DNA of 64,000 nucleotides from Candidatus Eiseniibacteriota bacterium (lineage in GTDB: Bacteria > Eisenbacteria > RBG-16-71-46 > JABDJR01). Positions 10,083 to 19,984 of the stretch are shown here, piece after piece. The DNA is taken from the NCBI GenBank assembly GCA_963783375.1, contig CAWANH010000028.1:992001-1056000 (forward strand), in the 5' to 3' direction. A program made the translations under genes and the position numbers. Each line of letters opens with the position of its first letter. The stretch's first letter is position 1. Under the pieces are notes generated by a model. That model did not search any database and had not been told where the DNA came from. It saw only the letters and a list, made by a program, of their open reading frames with translations.

Positions 10083-10163
10083 ACGGAGCCGGCGCCGGGC
10101 GGGCTTCGCGCCGGTCGCGGGAACCGGTTGCGCTTCTCCGAACCCCGGTGTTTTGATCCCCGC

Positions 10164-11375
10164 ATGCGCGCCTTCCTGGAACCCTACGTCCTTTCCGTCT
10201 CCGGTCGCGACCGCCCCGGTCTCCTGGCCGCCCTGGCCGGCTCGCTCGACCGGGCGGAGATCGAGATCGTGGACATCGAGCAGGCCACCCTCCAGGGCTT
10301 TCTCGCCCTATCCTTCCTGCTCGATCTGGGGGGGGATCCCCTCAAGTCCTCCCGGTTGGCTCGGGACGTGATCCCCGAGGCCTCGGCCCTGGGGTTGGCG
10401 GTGGATGCGCGGGGCATCGACGCCGACCAGGTCCGCCTGCTGAAGGAAACCGAGCGGATGGTGGCCACGGTGGTTTCGGAGCGCCCCTCCACCCGGCTGG
10501 TGGCCGAGGTGGCCTCGACCGCCGCCGTCCACCGGGCCAACATCGTTTCCATCCGTCGCCTGGCTGAAGAGGATCTCCGGGCGGGGGAGTTCGTGCTCGA
10601 CGTGACCTCGGTGGGCGATCCCGCCGCCCTTCGGGCCGATATGCTCGCCCTGGGGAATCGCCTGGCCGTGGACATCGCCCTGGCCGGCGAGGATGTCTTC
10701 CGCGCCACGAAGCGGGTGGTGGTGTTCGACATGGACTCGACCCTGGTGGCCGCGGAGGTGATCGATCTCCTGGCGGAGCGCGCCGGAAAAGCCGGTGAGG
10801 TCTCGCGCATCACCCACGAGGCCATGGAGGGGCGGATGGACTTCGAGGCGTCGCTCCGCCGACGGGTGGCGCTTCTGCGCGGGCTCCCGGAGAGCGTGCT
10901 CGAGGAGGTCGCCGCCTCGCTCCCCCTCACCCCCGGCGCCGCCGAAGCGACCGTGGTCCTCAAGCGCCTGGGCTTCCGGCTGGCCATTCTGAGCGGAGGT
11001 TTCACGTACTTCGCCGAAGCCCTTCGCGCGCGGCTCGGCTTCCATCACGCCTTCGCCAACACGTTGGTGGTCCGGGACGGCCTGGTCACCGGCGAACTCG
11101 AGGATCCGATCCTGGACGCGGCGGGGAAGGCGGTGCGGCTGGCCGAGATCGCCGCTCTGGAGGGCGTGCCCCTGGAGCAGGTGGTGGGGGTCGGAGACGG
11201 GGCCAACGACATCCCCATGCTCCAGGCGGCGGGGCTGGGGATCGCGTTCCGGGCCCACGAGATCACCCGCCGATCCGCCGATGGGGCCATTCAGAGAAAC
11301 GACTTCACCGGCCTGCTCCATTTCCTGGGGGTGACCGGGCGCGACCTCGCGCGGGTTCGCGACCGGGCCCGGTAG
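10164..11375 (+). CDS. serB: Phosphoserine phosphatase with two ACT domains
   Basis: GRDRPG ACT start; HAD motifs FDMDSTL, SGGF, GDGANDIPM. Confidence 0.93.
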   Translation: MRAFLEPYVLSVSGRDRPGLLAALAGSLDRAEIEIVDIEQATLQGFLALSFLLDLGGDPLKSSRLARDVIPEASALGLAVDARGIDADQVRLLKETERMVATVVSERPSTRLVAEVASTAAVHRANIVSIRRLAEEDLRAGEFVLDVTSVGDPAALRADMLALGNRLAVDIALAGEDVFRATKRVVVFDMDSTLVAAEVIDLLAERAGKAGEVSRITHEAMEGRMDFEASLRRRVALLRGLPESVLEEVAASLPLTPGAAEATVVLKRLGFRLAILSGGFTYFAEALRARLGFHHAFANTLVVRDGLVTGELEDPILDAAGKAVRLAEIAALEGVPLEQVVGVGDGANDIPMLQAAGLGIAFRAHEITRRSADGAIQRNDFTGLLHFLGVTGRDLARVRDRAR

Positions 11376-11434
11376 GTCACCCGAACCGGGAACCGCCGGG
11401 GCGGCCGGCATTCCAAGCTCGAACGGAGGACGAC

Positions 11435-12226
11435 ATGGATCTCGGAGTGAACGGAAGGACCGCGCTGGTGGCCGGCGCGTCGATGGGCTTGGGGTACGCG
11501 GTGGCCACCGCCCTCGCCGCCGAGGGCGCGCGGGTGGTGATGGCCTCCCGGGACCGGGAGCGCATCACCGAGGCCGCCGGCCGCGTCCATCGGGAGACCG
11601 GAGGTGAGACCCACGCCGTCGTGCTCGACGTCCGCGATCCGGACGCCGGGGGGCGGTTCGTGGAGGCCGCCCGAGAGGCCTTCGGTCCCCCCGCGATCCT
11701 GATCACCAACGCCGGGGGTCCGCCACCCGGCCCATTCGAGCGCTTCGACGTCCAGGACCTCGAGGAGGCGATCCAGCTCAGCTTCATGAGCGCGGTGCGT
11801 CTCACCAAGGCGGCGCTCCCCTCGATGAAGGAAGCGGGTTGGGGGAGGATCGTCCACATCACCTCCAGCACCGTTCCCGAACCCTCGGTCGGGCTCTTTC
11901 TCTCCTCCTCGGTCCGCCCGGCGGTGGCCGGCTTTTCGAAGGCCCTGGCCGCAGAGGTCGCGCCCCACGGCATCACCGTGAACATCGTCTGCCCGGGCCT
12001 GATCGCCACCCAGCGGCTCGGGGAACTGGCCCGCTACCGGGCCGGCGAGACCGGCCGGAGCCCGGAGGAGGAACTGGAGGCCATGGGAGGGCTGGTCCCG
12101 TCCGGCCGGCTGGGCCGCCCCGAGGAGCTGGGAGCGGCGGTGGCCTTCCTTTGCTCGGAGCCCGCGGCCTACATCACCGGGACCGCGCTAAGAGTGGATG
12201 GGGGAAAGGTGTCCTTTATCCTCTAA
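11435..12226 (+). CDS. Short-chain dehydrogenase/reductase (FabG-like)
   Basis: GASMGLG, NAGGPPPG, GRLGRPEE, YITGTALRVDGG. Confidence 0.9.
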   Translation: MDLGVNGRTALVAGASMGLGYAVATALAAEGARVVMASRDRERITEAAGRVHRETGGETHAVVLDVRDPDAGGRFVEAAREAFGPPAILITNAGGPPPGPFERFDVQDLEEAIQLSFMSAVRLTKAALPSMKEAGWGRIVHITSSTVPEPSVGLFLSSSVRPAVAGFSKALAAEVAPHGITVNIVCPGLIATQRLGELARYRAGETGRSPEEELEAMGGLVPSGRLGRPEELGAAVAFLCSEPAAYITGTALRVDGGKVSFIL

Positions 12227-12469
12227 TCCATTGCCGGCCAGGGCGTTACCACCTTCTTCCTCCGGTCGGGCCCGCCGGGGTCTCGATATTTCAGGGAATA
12301 CTCGAACTGATTGAAGTGTAAAGGGATTCAAGGGCCGGCCGGAAAACCCGACAACTTTACTTGGGTATCCCGCGTCCGGTGCCCTATACTGGGTCCAGAC
12401 CCGTCCCAGGGGGTCGAACGCCTGCACAATCCATTCGGTGTCCCTTCCCGCTCCCCGAGGAGGATCTCC

Positions 12470-13129
12470 ATGCGCGTCTTTCGTTTGCTCTTCGCCCTCG
12501 GCCTGACCGTCGCCCTGGCCGGCGCGGTCTATGCCGGCTCCAACTGCGACAAGAATTCCGCCTCCGCGTCTTCGTGTACCGGCAAGGCCTCGATCCAGAA
12601 GGCCTCGGCCGAAGGATCCGGATGTTCCGCGGCTCAGGCCGCCACCTGCACCGCGGCCAAGGCCGCGACCTGCACCGCCGCCGAAAAGGCGGCCTGCGCC
12701 GGGCAGGGCTCCTGCAGCGCTCACGCCGACCACGCCTCGGCCTGCCCCTTCTGCGCCTTCACCAAGGAACTCGGCGCCAGCGCCGACAAGGTCAGCTTCA
12801 CCACCGTCGACACCAGGAACGGGGTCAGGGTGGTCTTCACCGCTACGGACAGGAACGACGTGGTCATGGCCCAGGCGGTGGCGTCCAAGGCCTATGCCCT
12901 GATGAATGCCCCGGCCCACTGCTCCTACTCGCGGGCCAACATGGAGTCCGAGGCCTGCAACGGCTGCAAGGAGGGCGTCGACGCCTTCGCCGGCGCCGAG
13001 GTGACCCTAGAGAACACCAACGACGGCGCCACGGCCGTGGTGGTCACCAAGGACGAGCAGAATATCGAGAAGCTCCAGGCGTTCTTCAAGAACCTCGAGA
13101 GCAAGGAGAAGGAAGCGGCCAAGGGCTGA
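12470..13129 (+). CDS. Secreted Cys/His-rich hypothetical protein
   Basis: GAGGAGG RBS, signal peptide, 12 Cys including CPFC and CNGC, followed by a terminator. Confidence 0.8.
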   Translation: MRVFRLLFALGLTVALAGAVYAGSNCDKNSASASSCTGKASIQKASAEGSGCSAAQAATCTAAKAATCTAAEKAACAGQGSCSAHADHASACPFCAFTKELGASADKVSFTTVDTRNGVRVVFTATDRNDVVMAQAVASKAYALMNAPAHCSYSRANMESEACNGCKEGVDAFAGAEVTLENTNDGATAVVVTKDEQNIEKLQAFFKNLESKEKEAAKG

Positions 13130-13154
13130 TCCTCTCCCGACCGATGCGGAAACG

Positions 13155-13189
13155 TCCCGGCGCTCCTCAGGGGGCGCCGGGATTTTTTT
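13155..13189 (+). terminator. Intrinsic terminator
   Basis: TCCCGGCGCTCC-TCAG-GGGGCGCCGGGA followed by T-tract. Confidence 0.85.
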
Positions 13190-13272
13190 GGGTCCGGCCG
13201 GGGGGCCGGGCGGCATATGATTCGACTCCCGCCGGTATCCCGGGCGGTTCCGATCCCAGTCCGAGGAGATCG

Positions 13273-14070
13273 ATGAAGGCGTTCCTGCGTTCGTGGCGGT
13301 TCAACGTCCTGCTCTTCGTCCTGACCTGCGCCAGCACCACCCTGGTGGGGGGGCCGGCCTACGCCGCCGTGCTCATGTCCATCCTCTTCTGTCACGAGAT
13401 GGGGCACTACCTCCAGGCCCGCCGCTACCGGGTCCCCGCCACCCTTCCCTACTTCATCCCCATTCCCCTCCCCCCGTTCGGGACCATGGGGGCGGTGATC
13501 CGGATGAACAACCTGGGGGCGGACCGGAAGGTGCTCTTCGACATCGGGGTGACCGGCCCCCTGGCCGGGCTCCTGATCGCCCTTCCCGCCACGTTCTGGG
13601 GGCTGGCCCACTCCCAGGTGGTGGCCGTCGCCGGCCTCACCGGCCCGAACATCCAGCTCGGCGACTCGCTCCTCTTCGCGGCCCTGTCGCGGCTGGTGGT
13701 GGGGCCGCTTCCCCCCGGCTACGACGTACTTCTCCACCCCATCGCCTTCGCGGGCTGGGCGGGCCTCTTCGTGACCGCCCTGAACCTGCTGCCCATCGGG
13801 CAGCTCGACGGCGGCCACGTGCTCTACGCGTTGCTGGGAAAGAAGAGCCACCTGGTGGCCATCGCGGTGGCGCTGGGGTTCGTGGCCACCGCGATCTTCG
13901 TGAACCCGGCCTGGACGTTGATGGTGGTCCTGGTATTCCTGATCGGGCTCCGCCATCCCCCCACCGCGAACGACCGCGCGCCCCTCGGACGGGTGCGCCT
14001 CTGGCTGGGGATCGCGTCGCTGGCGTTCTTCGTGCTCTCGTTCACCCCGGATCCGCTCCGGGTTCGCTAA
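13273..14070 (+). CDS. Site-2 protease family (M50) intramembrane metalloprotease
   Basis: HEMGH, PYFIP, GPLAG, NLLPIGQLDGGH. Confidence 0.93.
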   Translation: MKAFLRSWRFNVLLFVLTCASTTLVGGPAYAAVLMSILFCHEMGHYLQARRYRVPATLPYFIPIPLPPFGTMGAVIRMNNLGADRKVLFDIGVTGPLAGLLIALPATFWGLAHSQVVAVAGLTGPNIQLGDSLLFAALSRLVVGPLPPGYDVLLHPIAFAGWAGLFVTALNLLPIGQLDGGHVLYALLGKKSHLVAIAVALGFVATAIFVNPAWTLMVVLVFLIGLRHPPTANDRAPLGRVRLWLGIASLAFFVLSFTPDPLRVR

Positions 14071-14105
14071 TCCGCGGCTCGCCGGGGGCCGCGGTCCGAG
14101 GCATC

Positions 14106-14336
14106 ATGATCTACCCGTACAACAACGCCACGCAGACTCGCTGGACCCGTGGCGAGTTCAAGGTTCAGCTCAACCTGCCCGACAATTCGCGGCCCATGGG
14201 GTTCTGCGACGGCAGTCCCGAGGATGTCGCCGAGCTCTTCTCGATCGCCGAGGCCGAGGGAGCCGGCGATGTGAAGATCCACAAGAAGTACCTCAAGAGC
14301 GGACGCGAGATCTGGACCCTTGGTGGATCGGGGTGA
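14106..14336 (+). CDS. Small hypothetical protein (76 aa)
   Basis: MIYPYNNATQTRW...KKYLKSGREIWTLG; coding-like codon usage; GAGG upstream. Confidence 0.65.
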   Translation: MIYPYNNATQTRWTRGEFKVQLNLPDNSRPMGFCDGSPEDVAELFSIAEAEGAGDVKIHKKYLKSGREIWTLGGSG

Positions 14337-14498
14337 TGAACCCGGTTGCGTGCCGGGTGAAGCGTTGGATCAGGATGGGGCCGCCCTCACCGACGAGGGG
14401 TGGGCCTATGGAAGCTTCATGGGTTGCCCGGCAACCCGGCACGACCGGCGGTTCCCGCCGTCGACCTTGGCGCCTGTTCCGGAGCGCCCGCGCCGAAA

Positions 14499-17471
14499 TC
14501 AGGCCGCCCGGCCCGAGGCCTCCTCGCCGCGCAACCAGGCCTGGTAGGTTCTCTCGGCGTGGCCGTCCCGCGGGAAGACCCGTTGATCGACATCCAGGGG
14601 TTCGGCGCCCGCCCGCCGCCGCCATTTCTCCGAGAGTCGGCGGCTGATGCCATCGGGATTCCGATCCACTTCGGGAGACAGGACGACGTACGTCCCCGAC
14701 CGGGCCTCGGCCACGAGATCCACGTCCCGCTTCTCCCGGAGGATGAAGTCCCGGAGGTCCACGGGATCCTCGTTCCCACCGGTTCTGAGCCGGAAGCGGG
14801 TCAGAGCGAAGGCGTGGCCGTAGCGCCGGGACCGGAGCCATTCCTGGTGAACGAGCGCCTCCAGTTCCTTCGATCCCATGGCCGTGCGGGGATTGGGGAC
14901 CACAGGGTTCCCGCCCGCGGGTTCCGGCGCCGTCGCGATGTCCTCGCCGCCCCCGGCGGAGCAGACTTCGCTGATCTTGACCAGCACCTCGAGGAGCACC
15001 TGTGCGGGGACCTGGGCGGGGGAACCCACGGTCTCGTCGGGGGAGAAGAAGAGCAGGAGGACCCCCTCTGCATCGCCGCTGGCCGAGACTCCCACGTAGG
15101 GGGCGGGGCCCCGAGGGGCCTTGGCGTCCCAGCCCGCGGCGTCGGATCCGCCGGCCACCGCCCCCCGGTCTTGCACCAGCTCCGAAAGCAGGTCCAGGCT
15201 GGCTCGCGCCTCGGCCAGCAGGTTGGCAGAGCGGGCGGTGTGGGGTTCGCTGGTCACCGGGCGGGCGCCGTGGGGGGGAACCCAGATCGCCGCCTCGCCG
15301 GCCAGGAGCTGAACCGCCAGCTCCAGGGCGGCCCGGGTCCGGAGCACGGGCGGCAGGGGCAGCAGCTGAGGCGATTGGTCCGACACCCGCATCTTGAGCT
15401 GGTAGAGGAGTTCCTGGGCGTCGACCCCCTCCTCGACGCCGATGATCTCCTCCACGTGTTCGACGAGTCGGGTGAGGAGATCCATGATCTTTTCGGGCGA
15501 GGTCCCGGCCAGGGGCACGTTCTCCAGCACCACGAGGGCATGGGGGCGGGTGCTCTGGATGGGAAGGCAGATCATGGCCGCCCGTTCCTCGCGGCCATCC
15601 TCCGCCACGCCCAGGAGTCGCGGCGTTCCCTCCCGCACCGCCCAGCCGAGGAACCCCTTGTCCAGGGGCTGGCTCTTGGGGTGCCAGACCGCGGTGCCCC
15701 GCGGCGGGGTCAGGAGTTCCAGGCGCCGCCCCAGAGGGTCCACCACGAAGAAGTGAACGAAGTCGGCGGCGAGAGCGGCCCCGAGGGCGTCGCCCACCGC
15801 GTGGATGCGGGAGGGGAGGCTCTCCTGGAGGGCCATCAGCCGGTCGACCTGGCGCTGCAGGGCTTCCTGCCGCTGGGCGCCGTCCAGGCGTCGGAGGTCC
15901 AGCGCCTTGAGAATCGCGCCCGAGGCCTCCTTGGCGAACCGGGTGAGAAGGGACAGCGCCTTGTCGTCCAGGGTGAATCCCTCGGAGTCCACGTTGACGT
16001 TCAAGACGCCGATGGGGCGCCCATCGCTCAGGATCGGAACGCTGGCCGACTCGCGGTAGGCCCGGCCTTCGACGTGATCGACGGACTCCGGCGCGTGCCC
16101 GCGGACGATGCGGGCGGTTCCGCTCGCGAAGACCTGGCCTGCCACCCCTTTGCCCACTTTGCGGCGGGTGTTGGCCACGACCTCCGTGGAAAGGCCCTGG
16201 GCCTCGGCGATCCGCAGGTTTTCGCCGTCCTCATCGAGAAGCATGATGCTCCCGGACTGGCCGTGAGTGGCCCGCACCGCGAGCTGGAGTATCTCCCGAA
16301 GCAGCCGGTCTTCGTTCTCGTCAAGCGCCAGGGCGCCCAGCCGCTCGCGGAGATCGGCGCCGAGAAGCGTGCCGGCATCGAAGGCCGGTCCGCTCGGGGC
16401 CTCCGCCGCCGGCTCCGCGCTCGCCGCCACCGCGGTCGAGTCCACCGACCGGCGCGCCTCTCCGGACGGGATCACCATTCTCGGCGTCCACTGCCGGCTG
16501 TCCCTCTTCCGGACCGGCCCGTCGTCGTCGGAGGTTTCCTCAGCCGGCCGGTTCGCGGCCAGCGCATCCGCGGGCCCGTCGTCGGCAAGGTCTTCCTCCA
16601 CCGGCCGATCCGCCGCGGCGTCATCCTCCACCTCCGGGTCGGAGAGATCGACCTCCGCGACCTCCGCGCTGACCGGGTTGAATGCGGGGGCGGTGTCCGC
16701 CGTCTCCGTAGACCCGAGCGTTTCCGCCGGGTCGTCTTCGGCGGGCGGATCGCCCATGGGTCGATCCGTCGCGACGACTTCCGTCGGGTCCGCTTCCGGG
16801 TCCGCTTTCACCGGATCGCGGCGTGGAATGAAGGTTATTTCGTCCACCGCTCCCGGCCAGCGATTCGAAGCCCACCCGCCGGCATCCGGCTCAACTTCCG
16901 CGCCGGCTTCCACCTTGTCCACGCCATGGCCCGCTTCGACCGTGGAATTCACATCCACCCCGGGATCCGGTGCGGGCTGGGCCGAGGCCTCGGCGGGCTC
17001 GGGGTCGGTCCAGATGCCGTCATCGAGGGGAGCGGTGAACCGTTCGGCGTCACCGGGCTTCTCGCTCCGCGGAGACGCGGGCATGTCGCTGATCCCAAGG
17101 TCCCGGAGGGCGTCGACCACCGGGACCACCTCGACCGGGGTTTCCTCCAGGATTTCCCGTACCGTGGCCAGGAGGCTCATCGGCCGCTGCCCCACGATCA
17201 CCCGATCGCAGGACAGGAGCGACAGCCGATTGGCCGCGTCGAGCACCGGAACCTGAAGGATCTCCGCCATGCGAACGGCGTAGGAGTCGTAGACCTGGCT
17301 CACCACCAGAACGACATCCCAGTCCGGCAGTTGGGTATAGTGGCTGAAGACATCGAGGGCCTCGTCGGGAAGCTCGATGAACCCGACGTTGCGCTTGCGG
17401 CCGGAAGGGGCCGAGGGATCCTGACGACTGGACATGACGTGCTTTCCCAAAGGTCCGGTTGAGGTTTCCAT
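14499..17471 (-). CDS. Multi-GAF signalling protein with long acidic linker and degenerate C-terminal GGDEF-like domain (start may be 17435)
   Basis: GAF motifs (SGSIMLLDE...GKGVAGQV...SVPIL...IGVLNV; LDKGFLGWAV); C-terminal EWLRSRRYGHAFAL...RDVDLVAEARSGTY. Confidence 0.75.
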   Translation of the reverse strand: METSTGPLGKHVMSSRQDPSAPSGRKRNVGFIELPDEALDVFSHYTQLPDWDVVLVVSQVYDSYAVRMAEILQVPVLDAANRLSLLSCDRVIVGQRPMSLLATVREILEETPVEVVPVVDALRDLGISDMPASPRSEKPGDAERFTAPLDDGIWTDPEPAEASAQPAPDPGVDVNSTVEAGHGVDKVEAGAEVEPDAGGWASNRWPGAVDEITFIPRRDPVKADPEADPTEVVATDRPMGDPPAEDDPAETLGSTETADTAPAFNPVSAEVAEVDLSDPEVEDDAAADRPVEEDLADDGPADALAANRPAEETSDDDGPVRKRDSRQWTPRMVIPSGEARRSVDSTAVAASAEPAAEAPSGPAFDAGTLLGADLRERLGALALDENEDRLLREILQLAVRATHGQSGSIMLLDEDGENLRIAEAQGLSTEVVANTRRKVGKGVAGQVFASGTARIVRGHAPESVDHVEGRAYRESASVPILSDGRPIGVLNVNVDSEGFTLDDKALSLLTRFAKEASGAILKALDLRRLDGAQRQEALQRQVDRLMALQESLPSRIHAVGDALGAALAADFVHFFVVDPLGRRLELLTPPRGTAVWHPKSQPLDKGFLGWAVREGTPRLLGVAEDGREERAAMICLPIQSTRPHALVVLENVPLAGTSPEKIMDLLTRLVEHVEEIIGVEEGVDAQELLYQLKMRVSDQSPQLLPLPPVLRTRAALELAVQLLAGEAAIWVPPHGARPVTSEPHTARSANLLAEARASLDLLSELVQDRGAVAGGSDAAGWDAKAPRGPAPYVGVSASGDAEGVLLLFFSPDETVGSPAQVPAQVLLEVLVKISEVCSAGGGEDIATAPEPAGGNPVVPNPRTAMGSKELEALVHQEWLRSRRYGHAFALTRFRLRTGGNEDPVDLRDFILREKRDVDLVAEARSGTYVVLSPEVDRNPDGISRRLSEKWRRRAGAEPLDVDQRVFPRDGHAERTYQAWLRGEEASGRAA

Positions 17472-17642
17472 GATGGAGGGTATCCTCCGTGTTCCCCTAT
17501 GCTTATCGGAAGGAGTCCGGGTGGGATTTGACTTTTTGTGGGTCCGGGTCCCCGGTTCATGGATGACGGTCCTCCCGCCGATGGTAGGAGAGACCCCCGG
17601 GACGGCCGGTGGTCTTATAACCTATTACAGGATAACGATTTG

Positions 17643-19112
17643 ATGTCAGAGAGCAGGGTGTTGAACCGGGTTTCGGCGGAGTCCCGCATCGCCCCGGAGA
17701 ACCGCATCTACGTGAACCGGAACCTCCGGATGGGGAGTGTGCGGGCGATCGGCTTCGATCTCGATCACACCCTGGCCCACTATCGGGGTCCGGCGGTGGA
17801 GGAGCTGGCCTACCGCCTGACCCGGACCCGGCTGGTGGAGCGGTTCGGCTATCCGGAGGAACTCCTCACCGTCCCCTATGACCGGCGGTTCGTGATCCGG
17901 GGCCTGGTGATCGACAAGCGGCGGGGCAACATCCTCAAGATGGACTATCACAACTACGTGGCCCGGGGGTATCACGGCCTCCGCCAGCTCCGGCCCGAGG
18001 AGCGGAAGACCTCCTACCGGTCCGGCCGGGTCCGTCTTTCCAGCGAAACCTACGTCACCGTGGACACCCTCTTCCACCTTCCCGAGGCGTACCTCTACGT
18101 CGTCCTGGTCGACATCCTGTCCCGGAAGGGGCGGGGCGAGCGCCGCCCCTACACCAGGATCTACGACGACGTGCGTGAGAGCATCGACTCGGTGCACGGA
18201 GACGGGAGCCTCAAGAAGGAGATCCTGGGGAACCTCGACAAGTTCATCCGCAAGGATCCCCGCCTCCGTATCGCCCTCGACGAGTTCCGGCGGACGGGGA
18301 AGAAGCTCTTTCTCCTCACCAACAGCGAGTACTACTACTCGAGCGCACTCCTCCGGTATCTCCTGACCGGAGGGGAAGGGGCCCGGGTCGAGGATTGGCG
18401 GGAGATGTTCGACCTCATCGTGGCGGACGCGGGAAAGCCGGCGTTCTTCACCGATCTCGACCGACCCTGGGCTTCGGCCCTCCCCTCCGACGCCGAGTCG
18501 CCGTCCCCGATCTTCCACGCCGGAAACGCGCGGCTCCTGGAGCGGGAGCTGGGATTCAGCGGGGACCAGGTCCTCTACTTCGGGGACCACACCTACGGCG
18601 ACATCCTCCGGAGCAAGAAGAGCCTCAACTGGCGGACGGCCATGGTGGTGGAGGAGCTGCGCGACGAGATGGAGGTCACCCGGCGGATCCAGCCCCAGAT
18701 CGAGGAGCTGAACCACTGGAAGGCGCTCCGCGGAGTCCTGGAGTCCGATGTTTCCGCCCTGGAGCTGGAGCTCCGCAAGCTCGAGCGGAAGCTCGAGGGT
18801 CTGGACGGGGACGAGGCGGCGGCGGCCAAGGTGAGAAAGCGCATGGAGGGCACCGAAGTGCGCCTCGGAGACCGAAACGCCGAGCTCAAGGACGTCAAAC
18901 GCGTGACCGCCGACCTCGGAGAGACGGTCAACAAGAGCTACAACCCCAACTGGGGGCCGCTATTCCGCGAGGGACAGGAGACCAGCCGGTTCGGCCACCA
19001 GGTCAAGGACTTCGCCTGCCTCTACATGACCCGGGTGAGCAACTTCCTCTACTACGACCTGAATCACTACTTTCGCTCCGCCTCGGAGCGGATGGCTCAC
19101 GAAACCGAGTAG
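17643..19112 (+). CDS. HAD-superfamily IG 5'-nucleotidase (cN-II-like)
   Basis: IYVNRNL, GFDLDHTLAHY, FLLTNS, KP, LYFGDHTYGDI, WRTAMVVEEL, YMTRVSNF. Confidence 0.9.
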   Translation: MSESRVLNRVSAESRIAPENRIYVNRNLRMGSVRAIGFDLDHTLAHYRGPAVEELAYRLTRTRLVERFGYPEELLTVPYDRRFVIRGLVIDKRRGNILKMDYHNYVARGYHGLRQLRPEERKTSYRSGRVRLSSETYVTVDTLFHLPEAYLYVVLVDILSRKGRGERRPYTRIYDDVRESIDSVHGDGSLKKEILGNLDKFIRKDPRLRIALDEFRRTGKKLFLLTNSEYYYSSALLRYLLTGGEGARVEDWREMFDLIVADAGKPAFFTDLDRPWASALPSDAESPSPIFHAGNARLLERELGFSGDQVLYFGDHTYGDILRSKKSLNWRTAMVVEELRDEMEVTRRIQPQIEELNHWKALRGVLESDVSALELELRKLERKLEGLDGDEAAAAKVRKRMEGTEVRLGDRNAELKDVKRVTADLGETVNKSYNPNWGPLFREGQETSRFGHQVKDFACLYMTRVSNFLYYDLNHYFRSASERMAHETE

Positions 19113-19139
19113 GGCTTCAGCGGGGGAGCGGGGGTTCGG

Positions 19140-19706
19140 TCAGCGGCGCCTGGACCGGGGGGCGGCCTTGACCGCCTCGGCCGAGGGCTGGGCGTCGCCG
19201 GCGATCTCGCGGGCCGACTGCCACACCGGGCGTGCCCCCAGGATGTCGCCCGCGCCGTTCACCACCGCCACGAAGTCCATTCCCGGACAGCGCCCTTCAT
19301 CGGCGTGGATGGTGAGGGAGCCGTTGGTCCGGATCTGAACCGGCTCCACCGCGGCCGGGGTGGAGAGAAACGCGGAGACCTCGGGGTCGAAGGCCCGTGA
19401 TCGCCAGCGGGCGGGGCTTCCATGATCGCGCAGGAAAGCGGCGAGGCGCGGCACGTCGTCGGCGTTCTTCAGGAACACCGCGAAGAGCGTGGTGTCCGCC
19501 TTGGCCAGCGAGCGGAGACGGCCGTTGAGGTCGGCCAGGAGCTGGGCCTGGGGTGGCGTTCCCGCCGGGGTGGGCCAGGAAACGTGTCGGAAGAGCACGC
19601 TGGGGGGACCGGGTTCCCAGTCGATCCGGCCCGCAGCCCCGGCCCCGGCCGGGGCGAGCACGGCCACGAGGCCGACCAGCGCAATCCATATTCGAACCTT
19701 CGACAT
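19140..19706 (-). CDS. Secreted hypothetical protein
   Basis: Signal peptide MSKVRIWIALVGLVAVLAPAGAGA; GGGGG RBS-like; sigma54-like site upstream. Confidence 0.65.
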   Translation of the reverse strand: MSKVRIWIALVGLVAVLAPAGAGAAGRIDWEPGPPSVLFRHVSWPTPAGTPPQAQLLADLNGRLRSLAKADTTLFAVFLKNADDVPRLAAFLRDHGSPARWRSRAFDPEVSAFLSTPAAVEPVQIRTNGSLTIHADEGRCPGMDFVAVVNGAGDILGARPVWQSAREIAGDAQPSAEAVKAAPRSRRR

Positions 19707-19757
19707 CCGGGATCCCCCCTGGAGATTGTCGGCAAGAGCCACTTCGCTCACCTGTAA

Positions 19758-19773
19758 AGCATAAGCGGTGCCA
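19758..19773 (-). promoter_or_regulatory. sigma54 promoter-like site with adjacent IHF-like AT-rich tract
   Basis: Minus strand TGGCACCGCTTATGCT; CAAGTGATTG...TTTCAAGCGGATT (19779-19803) resembles an IHF site. Confidence 0.65.
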
Positions 19774-19984
19774 AGAGCCAAGTGATTGTCTTTCAAGCGG
19801 ATTTGGCGGCTCGAGCAGCGAAACCGATGGATACCGGGGTATCTGGGTGGATACTTTCTAGCCGGCTGGTTCCGGCGCGAGGCGACCGAGCACCGAGTGT
19901 ATCATGCTCGATTCCGGAGTTTAAAGGTCCGGATGGTCGCCCTCCGGGGGTGCGCGCCGGGGGGATCGACAGCCGGACCGATCC

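Noticed and set aside
14400-17462. 1020-aa plus-strand ORF and similar long ORFs (7190..9898 -, 32403..34568 +, 47753..50296 -)
   Set aside because: Antisense shadows of real genes. Stop codons are rare in high-GC DNA and the translations have no motifs.
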